From an uncultured bacterium (lineage in GTDB: Bacteria > Poribacteria > WGA-4E > WGA-3G), in NCBI GenBank assembly GCA_964523645.1, contig CAZGAW010000004.1, forward strand, positions 8,284 through 72,283: 64,000 nt of DNA, written 5' to 3'. Of the stretch, positions 38,684-47,940 are shown one piece after another; the stretch's first letter is position 1; each line of letters starts with the position of its first letter. Below the pieces are notes generated by a model. It was given only the letters and a program-made list of their open reading frames with translations. It did not search any database and had not been told where the DNA came from. The position numbers and the translations under genes were made by a program.

Positions 38684-40012
38684 TTATACCATTTCATGGG
38701 CAGGATAGTGCTTATCACCCGGTGACACATCCGTTGGATCATTCGACACAGCCGTTTCTGGTGGCACCATAATCTGATTTTCACTCACTGGATCATCTGT
38801 TTCCGTACGCCACTGCCCTAAACGCTCTTGCATCTCTGCCAAAACGTCTGCATAGTCCGGGTTCTCTGCGAGGTTATGCGCCTCCGATGGATCAAACACG
38901 ACATCGTACAACCGTTCCGATTCAACCGGTGCATCTCCCCAACCGTGTTCCATCATAAAGGTTTTACTGATGCTGTCGTCGCAGTTCGGAAGTGCCCATT
39001 TTTGGGCATTGTCATAACGCCTGATATATTTCCACCGTTTAGTCCGAATAGCGCGTTGTGGTTCATAACAGCAGTGATAGTTGACTTCGGCGAAGATGGC
39101 ATCGCGAGTATCCTCCGCCTCGCCGCGAACCAACGGGAGAACGGAATTTCCTTGTAGCCGCGCCGGTGCTTCAATTCCTACCAATTCACAAATCGTCGGA
39201 AAGAGGTCAATCTGACTGACTAACCCGTCCACAACTTGTCCTCCGCTAAAACCGCCTGGACCGCGGACGATAAGCATCACGCCGATGCCGTGGTCACTAA
39301 GATGGCATTTCATGCGTGGGAAGGCAAGTCCGTGGTCGGTTGTGCATATCACAAGCGTATTTTCAGCAAGTCCGTTTTCTTCTAATGCATCAAAGACCAC
39401 ACTCATTTTCTTATCGAGCGTCCGAGCAGCATCTATATATTCAGCCATATCCTGTCGGGTGACAGGTGTATCGGGAAATGGCGCGGGCGGGTTTACATAG
39501 CGCGGATCCGTTTTGGGTTCTCCATCCGGTGGCGGATCAAATCCTTTCGCTCGGCGATGCGTCTCGCCGAATCCAACATCTAAGAAAAACGGAGCGTCAT
39601 GCTGCTCCGCAATGAAGTCGCGTGCACGTTCTTCTGCCCCTGCACGCACGGTGCCTTCGGATAAAAGCCGTTGGTATCCTGTTTCTTTCAAATCTCGTAC
39701 GACATGCTGGAAGCCTGCCAAGGCAGTAGTATATCCAGCCTTATTCAAAGTGTAGGTGATGAGATGCTCTGGGACCGGAAGGCTCCAGCCTCGGTTTGCC
39801 AAACCTCCCATACCGCAGCTGTGTGCCCATTGTCCAGTGAGCAGCGCGGCGCGGGAGGGTGAACAGGTTGGGTTGGCACAAAAAGCGTTTCGGAACACAA
39901 CACCTTCTTCTGCGAGTTTTTGTATGTTCGGCGTGGGAATTGCATGCCCGTAGGGTTGAACATAGCGACCTGTATCGTGTGAATGGATATAAACTATATT
40001 TGGTTTGTTCAT
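38684..40012 (-). CDS. sulfatase (Cys-type), paralog D
   Basis: N-terminus IVYIHSHDTG and signature CSPSRAALLTG. Confidence 0.85.
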   Translation of the reverse strand: MNKPNIVYIHSHDTGRYVQPYGHAIPTPNIQKLAEEGVVFRNAFCANPTCSPSRAALLTGQWAHSCGMGGLANRGWSLPVPEHLITYTLNKAGYTTALAGFQHVVRDLKETGYQRLLSEGTVRAGAEERARDFIAEQHDAPFFLDVGFGETHRRAKGFDPPPDGEPKTDPRYVNPPAPFPDTPVTRQDMAEYIDAARTLDKKMSVVFDALEENGLAENTLVICTTDHGLAFPRMKCHLSDHGIGVMLIVRGPGGFSGGQVVDGLVSQIDLFPTICELVGIEAPARLQGNSVLPLVRGEAEDTRDAIFAEVNYHCCYEPQRAIRTKRWKYIRRYDNAQKWALPNCDDSISKTFMMEHGWGDAPVESERLYDVVFDPSEAHNLAENPDYADVLAEMQERLGQWRTETDDPVSENQIMVPPETAVSNDPTDVSPGDKHYPAHEMV

Positions 40013-40037
40013 ATAATGTGACCTTCAATATAAAGTA

Positions 40038-40057
40038 GGCGCGCTCGTAAGCGCGCC
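40038..40057 (-). terminator. hairpin GGCGCGCT-cgta-AGCGCGCC followed on the minus strand by uacuuuauauu
   Basis: Perfect 8-bp GC stem 50 nt downstream of the stop of the 40109-40345 ORF. Confidence 0.4.
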
Positions 40058-40108
40058 AATTCTGAAAATACTTCTTTATTTACCAAGAACGCTGTGTAAA
40101 GCCTGGAA

Positions 40109-40345
40109 CTACTCCGATTGGAGGTGTGTCCATGCAGCATCTTCCTCCGGAAGATGCCAGTCTTCTGCAAGCGCGGCTTCACTTAGCAAGGCGATTTCAG
40201 GGACTCGAAGCTCTTCGCTGAAAATTGTTGCAAACGCCCGTCTGCGTTTCGGCAAGCGAATTGGTCTAATCGGTTTCACATCGTTTTGTCTATCAATCAC
40301 CGCTTTAACAACTTTAGACATGGTACACCTCCCATAACATACCAC
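40109..40345 (-). CDS. small hypothetical protein with antitoxin-like C-terminus (orphan)
   Basis: C-terminus LSEAALAEDWHLPEEDAAWTHL resembles addiction-module antitoxin tails. No partner toxin is adjacent. Confidence 0.3.
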   Translation of the reverse strand: MVCYGRCTMSKVVKAVIDRQNDVKPIRPIRLPKRRRAFATIFSEELRVPEIALLSEAALAEDWHLPEEDAAWTHLQSE

Positions 40346-40540
40346 CCTATAGAACAGCGCGAAAGTGGAAAAATGTGTGAATCTGGTTAATTTCGTATGA
40401 CGGTAGTATCTGTTAAACCCGTAAAAATGTCAAGCAAATTTTTGCAACTGACGGTTTGAACATGCCTGTTTCCATTGTGCTTTATAGGTCTCAGGTGGAA
40501 GAAAAAGCCGTCAATTTCATGGATTACGGACAGAAGTCCA

Positions 40541-41593
40541 CTAACGCCGTGGTATAGGGGGGTTTGCTTTGTAAATCTCCGTCAGTAGGTTCATAGCGTG
40601 CAGCGACTCTTCTTTATTATATTGGGGACACTGACGCAGACCTGCGGCGAGGCAACGGTGGATTGCTTCGGCTTGGTATAGAAAGCCGTGCTGATTCGGA
40701 GAGGACCTCGCCATCGCTACAGAACCGGGTAAAGGATACTCAAAGTAATGTAAGGGCGCAGGGGCGTTTCCTGTTCTATACTGAGAAGGCACACCATTCG
40801 GTGGTGGTATTCGGATAGAAAGACGTGTCGGACAGTGTGCCGGACGTTCAAGCGTGATACGTCCTTTTGTGCCGACGAGTTCCGTCACCTCTGACAGCTC
40901 GGAGTTACGTGGCGGAAATGTCAGTACCGCACACTTATCTTCGCCAAATTCCACAATCGCACCACGCGCATATCTACCTGTCGCTACAATTGATGTCGGG
41001 ATAGCATCCGCGCCGAAGCCGAGTGGCACAGCTTGGATCGTATAAATCGGATCGAAAAAATCCGATTGTACAAGGACGACTTCACCGATAGTGCCATTCT
41101 CAATCTCAGTTCGCGCGTGTTCCACCGCAGGAAAGAAGCGGGTCCAAACCCCGTCCTGCAACATTACGTCCTTCTCTTCGGCAGCGGCATACATCTCTTG
41201 CGCATCAGAGATATTCTCCGTGAACGGTTTTTCACACAGAACATGCTTGCCCGCTTCAATTGCGAGAAGGGTGTGTTCCTTGTGCAGGCGATTGATCGTG
41301 CCGATGTATACAATATCCACATCGTCGGCTGTGACCATTTCTCTGTAATCACCGTAGGCGGTAGCAATTCCATACTGCCTCGCCAATTCTTTTGCTCGGT
41401 CGATTTCGCGTGCCGCCACAGCAGTTACGGTTGCCCCTTCGCAGGCATGCAATGCCTCTACCCACATCGGTGAGATTCTACCAGCACCGAGGATGCCCCA
41501 ACGTAAAGGAAAAGCGACATCTGCCGCATTTGTAAGGCCACGGCGAATATCCAGTGGTGTCGAGAGAGGCATGTTGTTTGTCGTAGGATTCAT
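40541..41593 (-). CDS. Gfo/Idh/MocA family oxidoreductase
   Basis: AAAGGAA RBS and WGILGAGRIS Rossmann motif. Confidence 0.8.
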   Translation of the reverse strand: MNPTTNNMPLSTPLDIRRGLTNAADVAFPLRWGILGAGRISPMWVEALHACEGATVTAVAAREIDRAKELARQYGIATAYGDYREMVTADDVDIVYIGTINRLHKEHTLLAIEAGKHVLCEKPFTENISDAQEMYAAAEEKDVMLQDGVWTRFFPAVEHARTEIENGTIGEVVLVQSDFFDPIYTIQAVPLGFGADAIPTSIVATGRYARGAIVEFGEDKCAVLTFPPRNSELSEVTELVGTKGRITLERPAHCPTRLSIRIPPPNGVPSQYRTGNAPAPLHYFEYPLPGSVAMARSSPNQHGFLYQAEAIHRCLAAGLRQCPQYNKEESLHAMNLLTEIYKANPPIPRR

Positions 41594-41643
41594 AGCGATT
41601 CCTTTTGATCAAAGCAGGTATGGTGGTTAATTTGGTGTCCACT

Positions 41644-42657
41644 TTATGCCCATGCGTCAAGGACAACTTTCCCACAGTTATGTGTACACTGTAGCGCCCA
41701 CGCTTCCTGAATCTGGCTCATTGGGAAGGTGTGCGTGATGAATGTGTCCAGTTGGGTCTTCACTTGTGCAATCATCCGTATCATGGCAGGTGTGTCTACG
41801 AGGTTGTAATGCCGCGTGCCGTGTAATGTCAAACCTTTATTGATAATATGACCGCCCTGAATTTCTACTTCACCAATTCCGCCAATCAATGAGATATGTC
41901 CTTTCGGACGTGTTACGTCAATTAATAATCGGACGGCTGGGGCAGCTGCTGAGCATTCGATCCCTTTGTCTGGACCTCTGCCACCCGTCAGATCCTGAAT
42001 CTGATCGGCAGCATCCTTATCTTGTGGATTAACGACTTCCGCTGCACCGAGTTTTTTCGCGAGGGTAGCGCGATACGGGTGACTTTCAACAGCGATGACG
42101 CGCGCGCCTCTATATACAGCATTAATCACACCACCAAGCCCAATAGGTCCCATTCCTGTAATTAGAACGGTATCAAAGGCGTTGACGTTCATCAACCGCA
42201 TGGCATTAAACGTAGATCCAAGCCCACAGCATGCCATTGCAGCGTGATGATAGGAGACTCCGTCTGGAATTGGCACTAACTGCCAATCCCGTTTAAGGAT
42301 GTACTGCGCGAAAGTTGTCGTCACACCTGTCTGTTCGGGAACGTTTGGAGCCTTATGGTCGTTTTGACAATGGGCATATTCACCTGCTAAACAGAGGTAA
42401 CACTTTCCGCAAGGGTAATGTGGCATCACGACAACGCGGGCGCCTACCTTAACAGTGCCTTCCTGTGCGATTTCTATCACTTCACCGGCGGCTTCGTGTC
42501 CGAAACTGTCACTCTTACCTTCATTTTTGAAACTTTTGTATTCTGTGCACATAGGCACCGAATGAATTCTGACGACAACGAACTCACCCGTAGCAACTGG
42601 GTCGGGTTTATCAATTAAGCCAGCACTTTCAGGTCCGAATTTTGCAACGACTTTCAT
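41644..42657 (-). CDS. zinc-dependent alcohol dehydrogenase (MDR family)
   Basis: GGAG RBS before ATG at 42657 (MKVVAKF). GHEAAGEV zinc motif. Confidence 0.75.
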   Translation of the reverse strand: MKVVAKFGPESAGLIDKPDPVATGEFVVVRIHSVPMCTEYKSFKNEGKSDSFGHEAAGEVIEIAQEGTVKVGARVVVMPHYPCGKCYLCLAGEYAHCQNDHKAPNVPEQTGVTTTFAQYILKRDWQLVPIPDGVSYHHAAMACCGLGSTFNAMRLMNVNAFDTVLITGMGPIGLGGVINAVYRGARVIAVESHPYRATLAKKLGAAEVVNPQDKDAADQIQDLTGGRGPDKGIECSAAAPAVRLLIDVTRPKGHISLIGGIGEVEIQGGHIINKGLTLHGTRHYNLVDTPAMIRMIAQVKTQLDTFITHTFPMSQIQEAWALQCTHNCGKVVLDAWA

Positions 42658-42755
42658 GTGAATCTCCACGCTCTAAATGATATAAACGATTATACCCTTT
42701 TTGCCAGTTTGAATCAAGTTTTTGAATGCTATGCGGAGGTGTTCAGTTAGAGCAA

Positions 42756-43160
42756 TTATTTTTCAGGATTCTGTCTGTGAGATAGGTTTTCTATCCTGAT
42801 TTTCTTTCCGTTCGTGCCACCAACGACAATACTCCCGTCGGTTGGGTGAACAGCGAGCGAGTAAGCCCAATCGTTTAGAGCTTGAATCTCACCCGTAACC
42901 TCCACTGAATCCGGATCAACGAGACGAACAGCACCATCGGCACAAGCAGCGACAATTCTTGAACCATTATTTAGCCATGCCACATTCAGTGGTACTTCCT
43001 TGAGTCGTGCGAACTTAACCATTCGTCCGATAGTTGGTTGCCAGAGTCAATCTCAGATTGGATGTCTGCCGAGATAGCAACGCTAACAAATACTACGATA
43101 AATATGAAAGCAAAGATAAGTCCTATTAAATTTGGGTGCTGTTCATGCTTCATCCATTAC
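42756..43160 (-). pseudogene. small secreted PQQ/WD-like beta-propeller-repeat gene apparently split by a frameshift
   Basis: The signal-peptide ORF (MKHEQHPNLIGLIFAFIFIVVFVSVAISADIQ...) runs from 43160 and stops after ~60 codons. The repeat-containing ORF 42756-43022 continues in another frame. Confidence 0.3.
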
Positions 43161-43173
43161 CACCTTTAACTGA

Positions 43174-45255
43174 TTATTCCCGTCGGATCGTTCGTCGTAA
43201 GGTTCTCATCTGTTCAAGTGTTGCAGGTGAGACCTTTCCATCCTGAGTAATCCCCATATTCATCGTAATTACCAACTTCTGGGCAATACAGGTCTGCACA
43301 TAATCAATAAGCCGCTGAGTGGCAAATAGGGGGGCGGCAATATCGGTGTCTGGGTATCCATGATGCCAAGGGTCGTCAAGAAAGATCATACCGTGCGGTT
43401 GTAGTCCACTGGCACTGCCATTTTCGGAAAAGAAACTTGCAGGTGGCGTTACGAGAGCACCGCCAAACTCGCCACCGTAGTACTCTTGAAATTCAGTCGT
43501 TTTCGGAAGAATCCAACTGTTCCAAGCGACGATACGATCAGAATTCCCAACTTTGGTCGCCTCATACAATTCTTCAAATGGTTGGAGAGGATACCGATCA
43601 TCGAACCAGTATCCGGCAATCTTTTTACCGTATCGGTGTCCGATCTCAGTGAGAATATCGCGTTCAATTCTAAAAAATCTTGACTTATCTGGACTTAAAA
43701 ACCCTGCCGCTTTCATCCACTCTATATCCCCAACGCCATGATGGAAATAGAGAATAAGGGGTATATCATATTCTTGCAGTTTGTCAGCCATCTCTCCGAT
43801 TAGGTCGCGTCTACACGTGCGTTCCGACATAACCGCTTCGATCGATTTTAGCGGAGCTGGGAAGTGCATAATTCCGTGGACAGAAGTGAAAATGACGTAA
43901 CCCGCACCAGTTTCACGCACCATATCGGCGAAAGCATCGATGTCAAAAGCTTCCACTGCCTCTGGATAAGGTTTCTGCGGTCCACGCAAAGGTTGTGTCG
44001 TTGTCGACCAATGGAACATCACACCGTACTTCGCCTCAACGAACCAATCGGTACTCGCACGCATCTTTTGCGCGCGCTCCCTTGAGGCAATCATGACCTT
44101 TGCCGCGGCAGGTGAAATCAGTTCAAGCGAATGGATTTTCACGTTTGCCTTGGATTGCGCCTCTCCGATGAGACGGAACGTAATTGTGCTTTCACCTGCC
44201 GAGAGGTGCAATGTTCCGGAAAGCGGTCTTCTTTCAAAGTTCTGTGAATCTCTTGCCCATCCGCTCGTTTGACGGACTGTGCCAGTAATCCTGTTTTGTC
44301 CAGCAATAATCTCGAATGCTGTGCCTATCGCATCGGTATCCGCCGTATAGGTCACTGCGAGTTCGCAATCAGAAGACACCGGGAGTCTCACCTTCCATGA
44401 AAGTGAAGCGGATGGTTTGTTCCAACCTTCAATCCAGTCTTGTGCCTGCAAGTGCGCGAGACCGCCATCTGTCTTGGCGCTATCCCCGAAAAGATAGATA
44501 ATCGACGAAGGATCTGCCTCAACCAATCGCGGCTTCTTAAGGGTAGCGGGATCACCCTCAATATCAAGAACAACGATATCATCAACACCGTTTTGGTACT
44601 CCTCTGGGACTACAATCAAAAGTCCCCACGGATGTTGTCGCACGATTCCCCACGAGGTACCATCTGCAGCGGAATTTCCCAGAATCGATGCGTCCTTCAC
44701 CACCCGATCGGTGATAGCTGGAAGCATGATATTGTTCTCTCCATCCCAAGAAAGCACATGAACGTAGATTTTGCCATCCTTATAAGTGGTCACATACTGG
44801 TCTGTGGGATCAAAAGGACCGCCGCGAGTACCAACGAGCGATTCCCCATTTTCATCAATCCACTTTTTAATCCCTTCATCTGCTGCGATAGATTCCGATT
44901 TTTCCTGACGACCCAACAGCGGATTAACAATAATCTCGGAATTGCTGCCTGCTGCCCGCACAATGTCCACAATCAACTCCTTGGCGATCTCTTGGTTATG
45001 CATAACTTCCTTTACTGGTTTCGCTTGTGCTAATTCTGGCACCGAGTCTCCGCTGATAGAGAGTGCTGGCACAAACTGGTTTAAACCCAACAGGATCGGT
45101 AAACTGAGCAAAGACAACAGCCATAATAGGTGAACGGTGGTGTTGGAGCGACGACTTTTGTGAAATAGGGGAGTCACGACGAACCATATCAAGCCGCTCA
45201 GAAGCATCCACTGCCATGAACAGTTAAGCAAGGAAAGGAGGATTTGCTTAGTCAT
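43174..45255 (-). CDS. membrane-anchored protein with C-terminal GH29 alpha-L-fucosidase-like domain, coupled to a BlaI-family repressor
   Basis: GAAGGAG RBS. The start overlaps the stop of the BlaI-family gene by 8 nt. There are two N-terminal TM helices. The C-terminal ~300 aa align with GH29 (WFVEAKYGVMFHW, AGYVIFTSVHG, RRDLIGEMADKL...LILYF, GYWFDD, LVITMNMGITQDGKVSP). No HEXXH motif is present. Confidence 0.55.
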   Translation of the reverse strand: MTKQILLSLLNCSWQWMLLSGLIWFVVTPLFHKSRRSNTTVHLLWLLSLLSLPILLGLNQFVPALSISGDSVPELAQAKPVKEVMHNQEIAKELIVDIVRAAGSNSEIIVNPLLGRQEKSESIAADEGIKKWIDENGESLVGTRGGPFDPTDQYVTTYKDGKIYVHVLSWDGENNIMLPAITDRVVKDASILGNSAADGTSWGIVRQHPWGLLIVVPEEYQNGVDDIVVLDIEGDPATLKKPRLVEADPSSIIYLFGDSAKTDGGLAHLQAQDWIEGWNKPSASLSWKVRLPVSSDCELAVTYTADTDAIGTAFEIIAGQNRITGTVRQTSGWARDSQNFERRPLSGTLHLSAGESTITFRLIGEAQSKANVKIHSLELISPAAAKVMIASRERAQKMRASTDWFVEAKYGVMFHWSTTTQPLRGPQKPYPEAVEAFDIDAFADMVRETGAGYVIFTSVHGIMHFPAPLKSIEAVMSERTCRRDLIGEMADKLQEYDIPLILYFHHGVGDIEWMKAAGFLSPDKSRFFRIERDILTEIGHRYGKKIAGYWFDDRYPLQPFEELYEATKVGNSDRIVAWNSWILPKTTEFQEYYGGEFGGALVTPPASFFSENGSASGLQPHGMIFLDDPWHHGYPDTDIAAPLFATQRLIDYVQTCIAQKLVITMNMGITQDGKVSPATLEQMRTLRRTIRRE

Positions 45256-45634
45256 CGGTTTCTGCTCCTTCAGGTTGGTAATTGTTAATCAACGCTTGTA
45301 AGCGGTTGTGTTCATCTACGCCGGTTTGTCGCACTTCAAGGAGTGTGTTTACCAATTTCTCGGCTGAGTTGTCAAAAAGACGTTCCAGCAAATCGCTGAG
45401 CATCCTATGCGTAATCTCCGTCTCTTTGACCAAAGGCTGGTAAACGAACGTTCTGCCATCCACTTGATGCGACAAAACGCCTTTCTTTTCAAGACTCTTC
45501 ATTGTCGTGGCAACGGTGGTGTAAGCCAGTTTTCGATCAATATTGTCAAGAACATCATTGACCGTGGCACGTCCCAATTTCCACACCACTTTCATCACTT
45601 CAAGTTCTAATGGGTGTAATCTCTTGGTTTTCAT
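45248..45634 (-). CDS. BlaI/MecI/CopY family transcriptional repressor
   Basis: AAGGA RBS. The 128-aa winged-helix protein starts LELEVMKVVW...ATVNDVL...YTTVATTMKSLEKKG. Confidence 0.8.
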   Translation of the reverse strand: MKTKRLHPLELEVMKVVWKLGRATVNDVLDNIDRKLAYTTVATTMKSLEKKGVLSHQVDGRTFVYQPLVKETEITHRMLSDLLERLFDNSAEKLVNTLLEVRQTGVDEHNRLQALINNYQPEGAETDD

Positions 45635-45925
45635 CTAGTTGATCCTTAGAATATAATACCATTTCTAATTGAATACCTTTCAATGGGAGATCTGTAGCAC
45701 AAACTGTTAGTTTGTGCCACCTTGTATCCCTTCAGAAAGTCATTAATGCGATATTTATTTTTTGAAATGGTATAAGTTAAAGGTGAATCTGACCTATGCG
45801 CTAAAATGTTGATGCTTATGTTGCAAATTACGAAAGGTAAATACTAAATCTAAATACGTATCAATAGTATTATACACCCTAAAAAAGGGTTGTCAAGTTA
45901 ATTTTTTACAATTTTCGTATTTTTT

Positions 45926-47905
45926 TCAGAATCTTCCAAAGACGCGCACAAAAATTTCCATGTAGTTCTGATCATTAACATCCCCGATTGCGCGCTGATC
46001 TATGTAGCGTGCACCGATATGCAGAAACATCCGCTTCTCATAAGCGACAAAACTCTTTTCCATTTCAGCCAGCAATGCCTGACGCACAAAATCGTTATCG
46101 TTCTTCAGCATATCGTTGAACAGAAGAATCTGTCCACCCCCAGTGAGTTTAATAGTTTTCGTAAACTGATAGACGACCTTGAGGATAAGCGCGGAAGCCA
46201 TATCTCGGACATTCGCACGTTCAATCTCGCGCAATCGAAATCGACGGAAGACATCCCTACCGTCAATCTCAGCGTTTAGGGAAAGGTATTCAAGCCGATC
46301 CTCCGCCATTCGGAACCCGTTACGGACGGTGGTCTTGAACATCGGGCTGATCTCCAGAGATTTGGTCGGGCGCAGCCGGTACAGGGTTTTGAAAATGCCG
46401 ACTTCGTAATGTTGGTTGTCTTTTTCAAAATCGTAGTCGTATTGAATCTTAGCGCGCGCCGTCGTGACCATCCGTTCAATTCCCAAGTATTCATACGTGA
46501 TTTTGGCGGTGTTAATCAGATCGTTCTGCATCAGGAGAGGGTCCCTGCGCCGTTTTTCGACTTCGACTCCACCATCAACACCGAAAAATTCAACGTTACC
46601 AGCCCTCTCCATTTTCCTGACCTCCGGTTGCGTCCGATAAACCTGTTCCTCAGTTCTGCTCAGAAACCCAGCATAATACCATGTTTCGTCAGGAATTCGA
46701 TCCTTTACCAGTTTCAGTTCGTTTTCAAAAACGAGTGAAGAAGCCTGCGCGAGCTCTTTCCGATAAACCAGATTGCCAAACGCTTTCGTTGAGGATGGCG
46801 TATTTCTGAGTCTGAGGTTTTCTTCCATTTGTAATCCAAGGTCGAGATCGACGACACTCGTCTGCTGACTTATCTTACGGTTCATGAAAAGCCGGATTCC
46901 CTGTAGTCCGACATCGAATTCGTAATTCGGATCCTTATCATTCTCCTCTTCGTCCCGAATGCCGTTGTTGTTCCGATCGCTTTCGTCAAGGAAATCCTCA
47001 TCAACATCAAAAAGCAGAATGTCATCCTCATAGTCAAAGATACCGTTATTATTTTTATCAAGGTCTCCAGGAATAATCAAGGAAGGCGGGTCGAGTACTG
47101 TGTTATCGGAGTAGCGGTCTTGATCGTCGTTATCGCCAACGGAACGGGAGGCATCAAACCTCGGACCGACACGATACACTTCTGCCTGAAAGATCGTGTC
47201 ACCAACGGTTTGGAATGCCTTGAACACTGTTGTCGTCGCATCGAAACGGGAGCGCAAGTTTTTCTGCAGCGCACTTTTTGGTGTAACAGCCACTTCGGCT
47301 TTCACACCGTAATTGGTGATATTGGTTTCCAAATCCACTGCCCATACGGGGGTCTCGCGGAAGTACCAAGAGAGTCCTAATTGAGATCTACCGAACTTTG
47401 TGACCTCGCGCAAGCCGATACCCGATTTTTCTCCTCTTTCCTCACGCCCATTCAGTTGATTGAGCAAACCGGGCACCATTAAAATTGTCCAATCGGTGCG
47501 GTTTGAACGGACCTCCCAACGGACACCACTTAGGTCAATCTGATCGAAGGTGAATTTTGTGAAGGTTGTCGGAACCTCTCCGAGACTCAGGATATTTTTT
47601 ACACTCCCTGCTGTCTCTTCAATCACCATGACACTATGAAAGCCACGCCGAAAGAGGCGATCGAAATCAAAGCTATCTTGCCGCACTCGTTCATCTTCTG
47701 TATCTGCGAGGAAATTTCGTCTGTTCGTGAAATCGTATTCGACACGTCCAGATAGGAACAACTTACCAAATAGACTGTACACATCCTCCGCTTCAGCACG
47801 GAATACGAAAGCGCAGCAGAGTAAAATTTTTAATAGAAAGAGAACACTTTTAACAGGAAAACGATTACGGATCCGGGATTTTCGGTCGTCTGTCTTTATT
47901 TCCAT
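45926..47905 (-). CDS. putative outer-membrane protein with thrombospondin-type-3-like Ca-binding motifs
   Basis: N-terminal signal-like hydrophobic segment, an acidic DxNxNGxxD cluster (DKNNNGIFDYED, DRNNNGIRDEEE), beta-rich remainder and an aromatic C-terminal residue. Confidence 0.35.
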   Translation of the reverse strand: MEIKTDDRKSRIRNRFPVKSVLFLLKILLCCAFVFRAEAEDVYSLFGKLFLSGRVEYDFTNRRNFLADTEDERVRQDSFDFDRLFRRGFHSVMVIEETAGSVKNILSLGEVPTTFTKFTFDQIDLSGVRWEVRSNRTDWTILMVPGLLNQLNGREERGEKSGIGLREVTKFGRSQLGLSWYFRETPVWAVDLETNITNYGVKAEVAVTPKSALQKNLRSRFDATTTVFKAFQTVGDTIFQAEVYRVGPRFDASRSVGDNDDQDRYSDNTVLDPPSLIIPGDLDKNNNGIFDYEDDILLFDVDEDFLDESDRNNNGIRDEEENDKDPNYEFDVGLQGIRLFMNRKISQQTSVVDLDLGLQMEENLRLRNTPSSTKAFGNLVYRKELAQASSLVFENELKLVKDRIPDETWYYAGFLSRTEEQVYRTQPEVRKMERAGNVEFFGVDGGVEVEKRRRDPLLMQNDLINTAKITYEYLGIERMVTTARAKIQYDYDFEKDNQHYEVGIFKTLYRLRPTKSLEISPMFKTTVRNGFRMAEDRLEYLSLNAEIDGRDVFRRFRLREIERANVRDMASALILKVVYQFTKTIKLTGGGQILLFNDMLKNDNDFVRQALLAEMEKSFVAYEKRMFLHIGARYIDQRAIGDVNDQNYMEIFVRVFGRF

Positions 47906-47940
47906 ATTTTATTGGTTATCGGTTAACTGACAACCATTCC

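Noticed and set aside
40109-40345. Orphan antitoxin call for the small ORF upstream of sulfatase D
   Set aside because: Only a short C-terminal resemblance. There is no adjacent toxin and no recognisable DNA-binding fold from sequence alone, so it is kept as a low-confidence hypothetical.
43174-45255. Calling the BlaI-coupled membrane protein a BlaR1/M56 sensor-protease
   Set aside because: No HEXXH zinc-protease motif and only two N-terminal TM helices. Only the gene context resembles blaI-blaR1.
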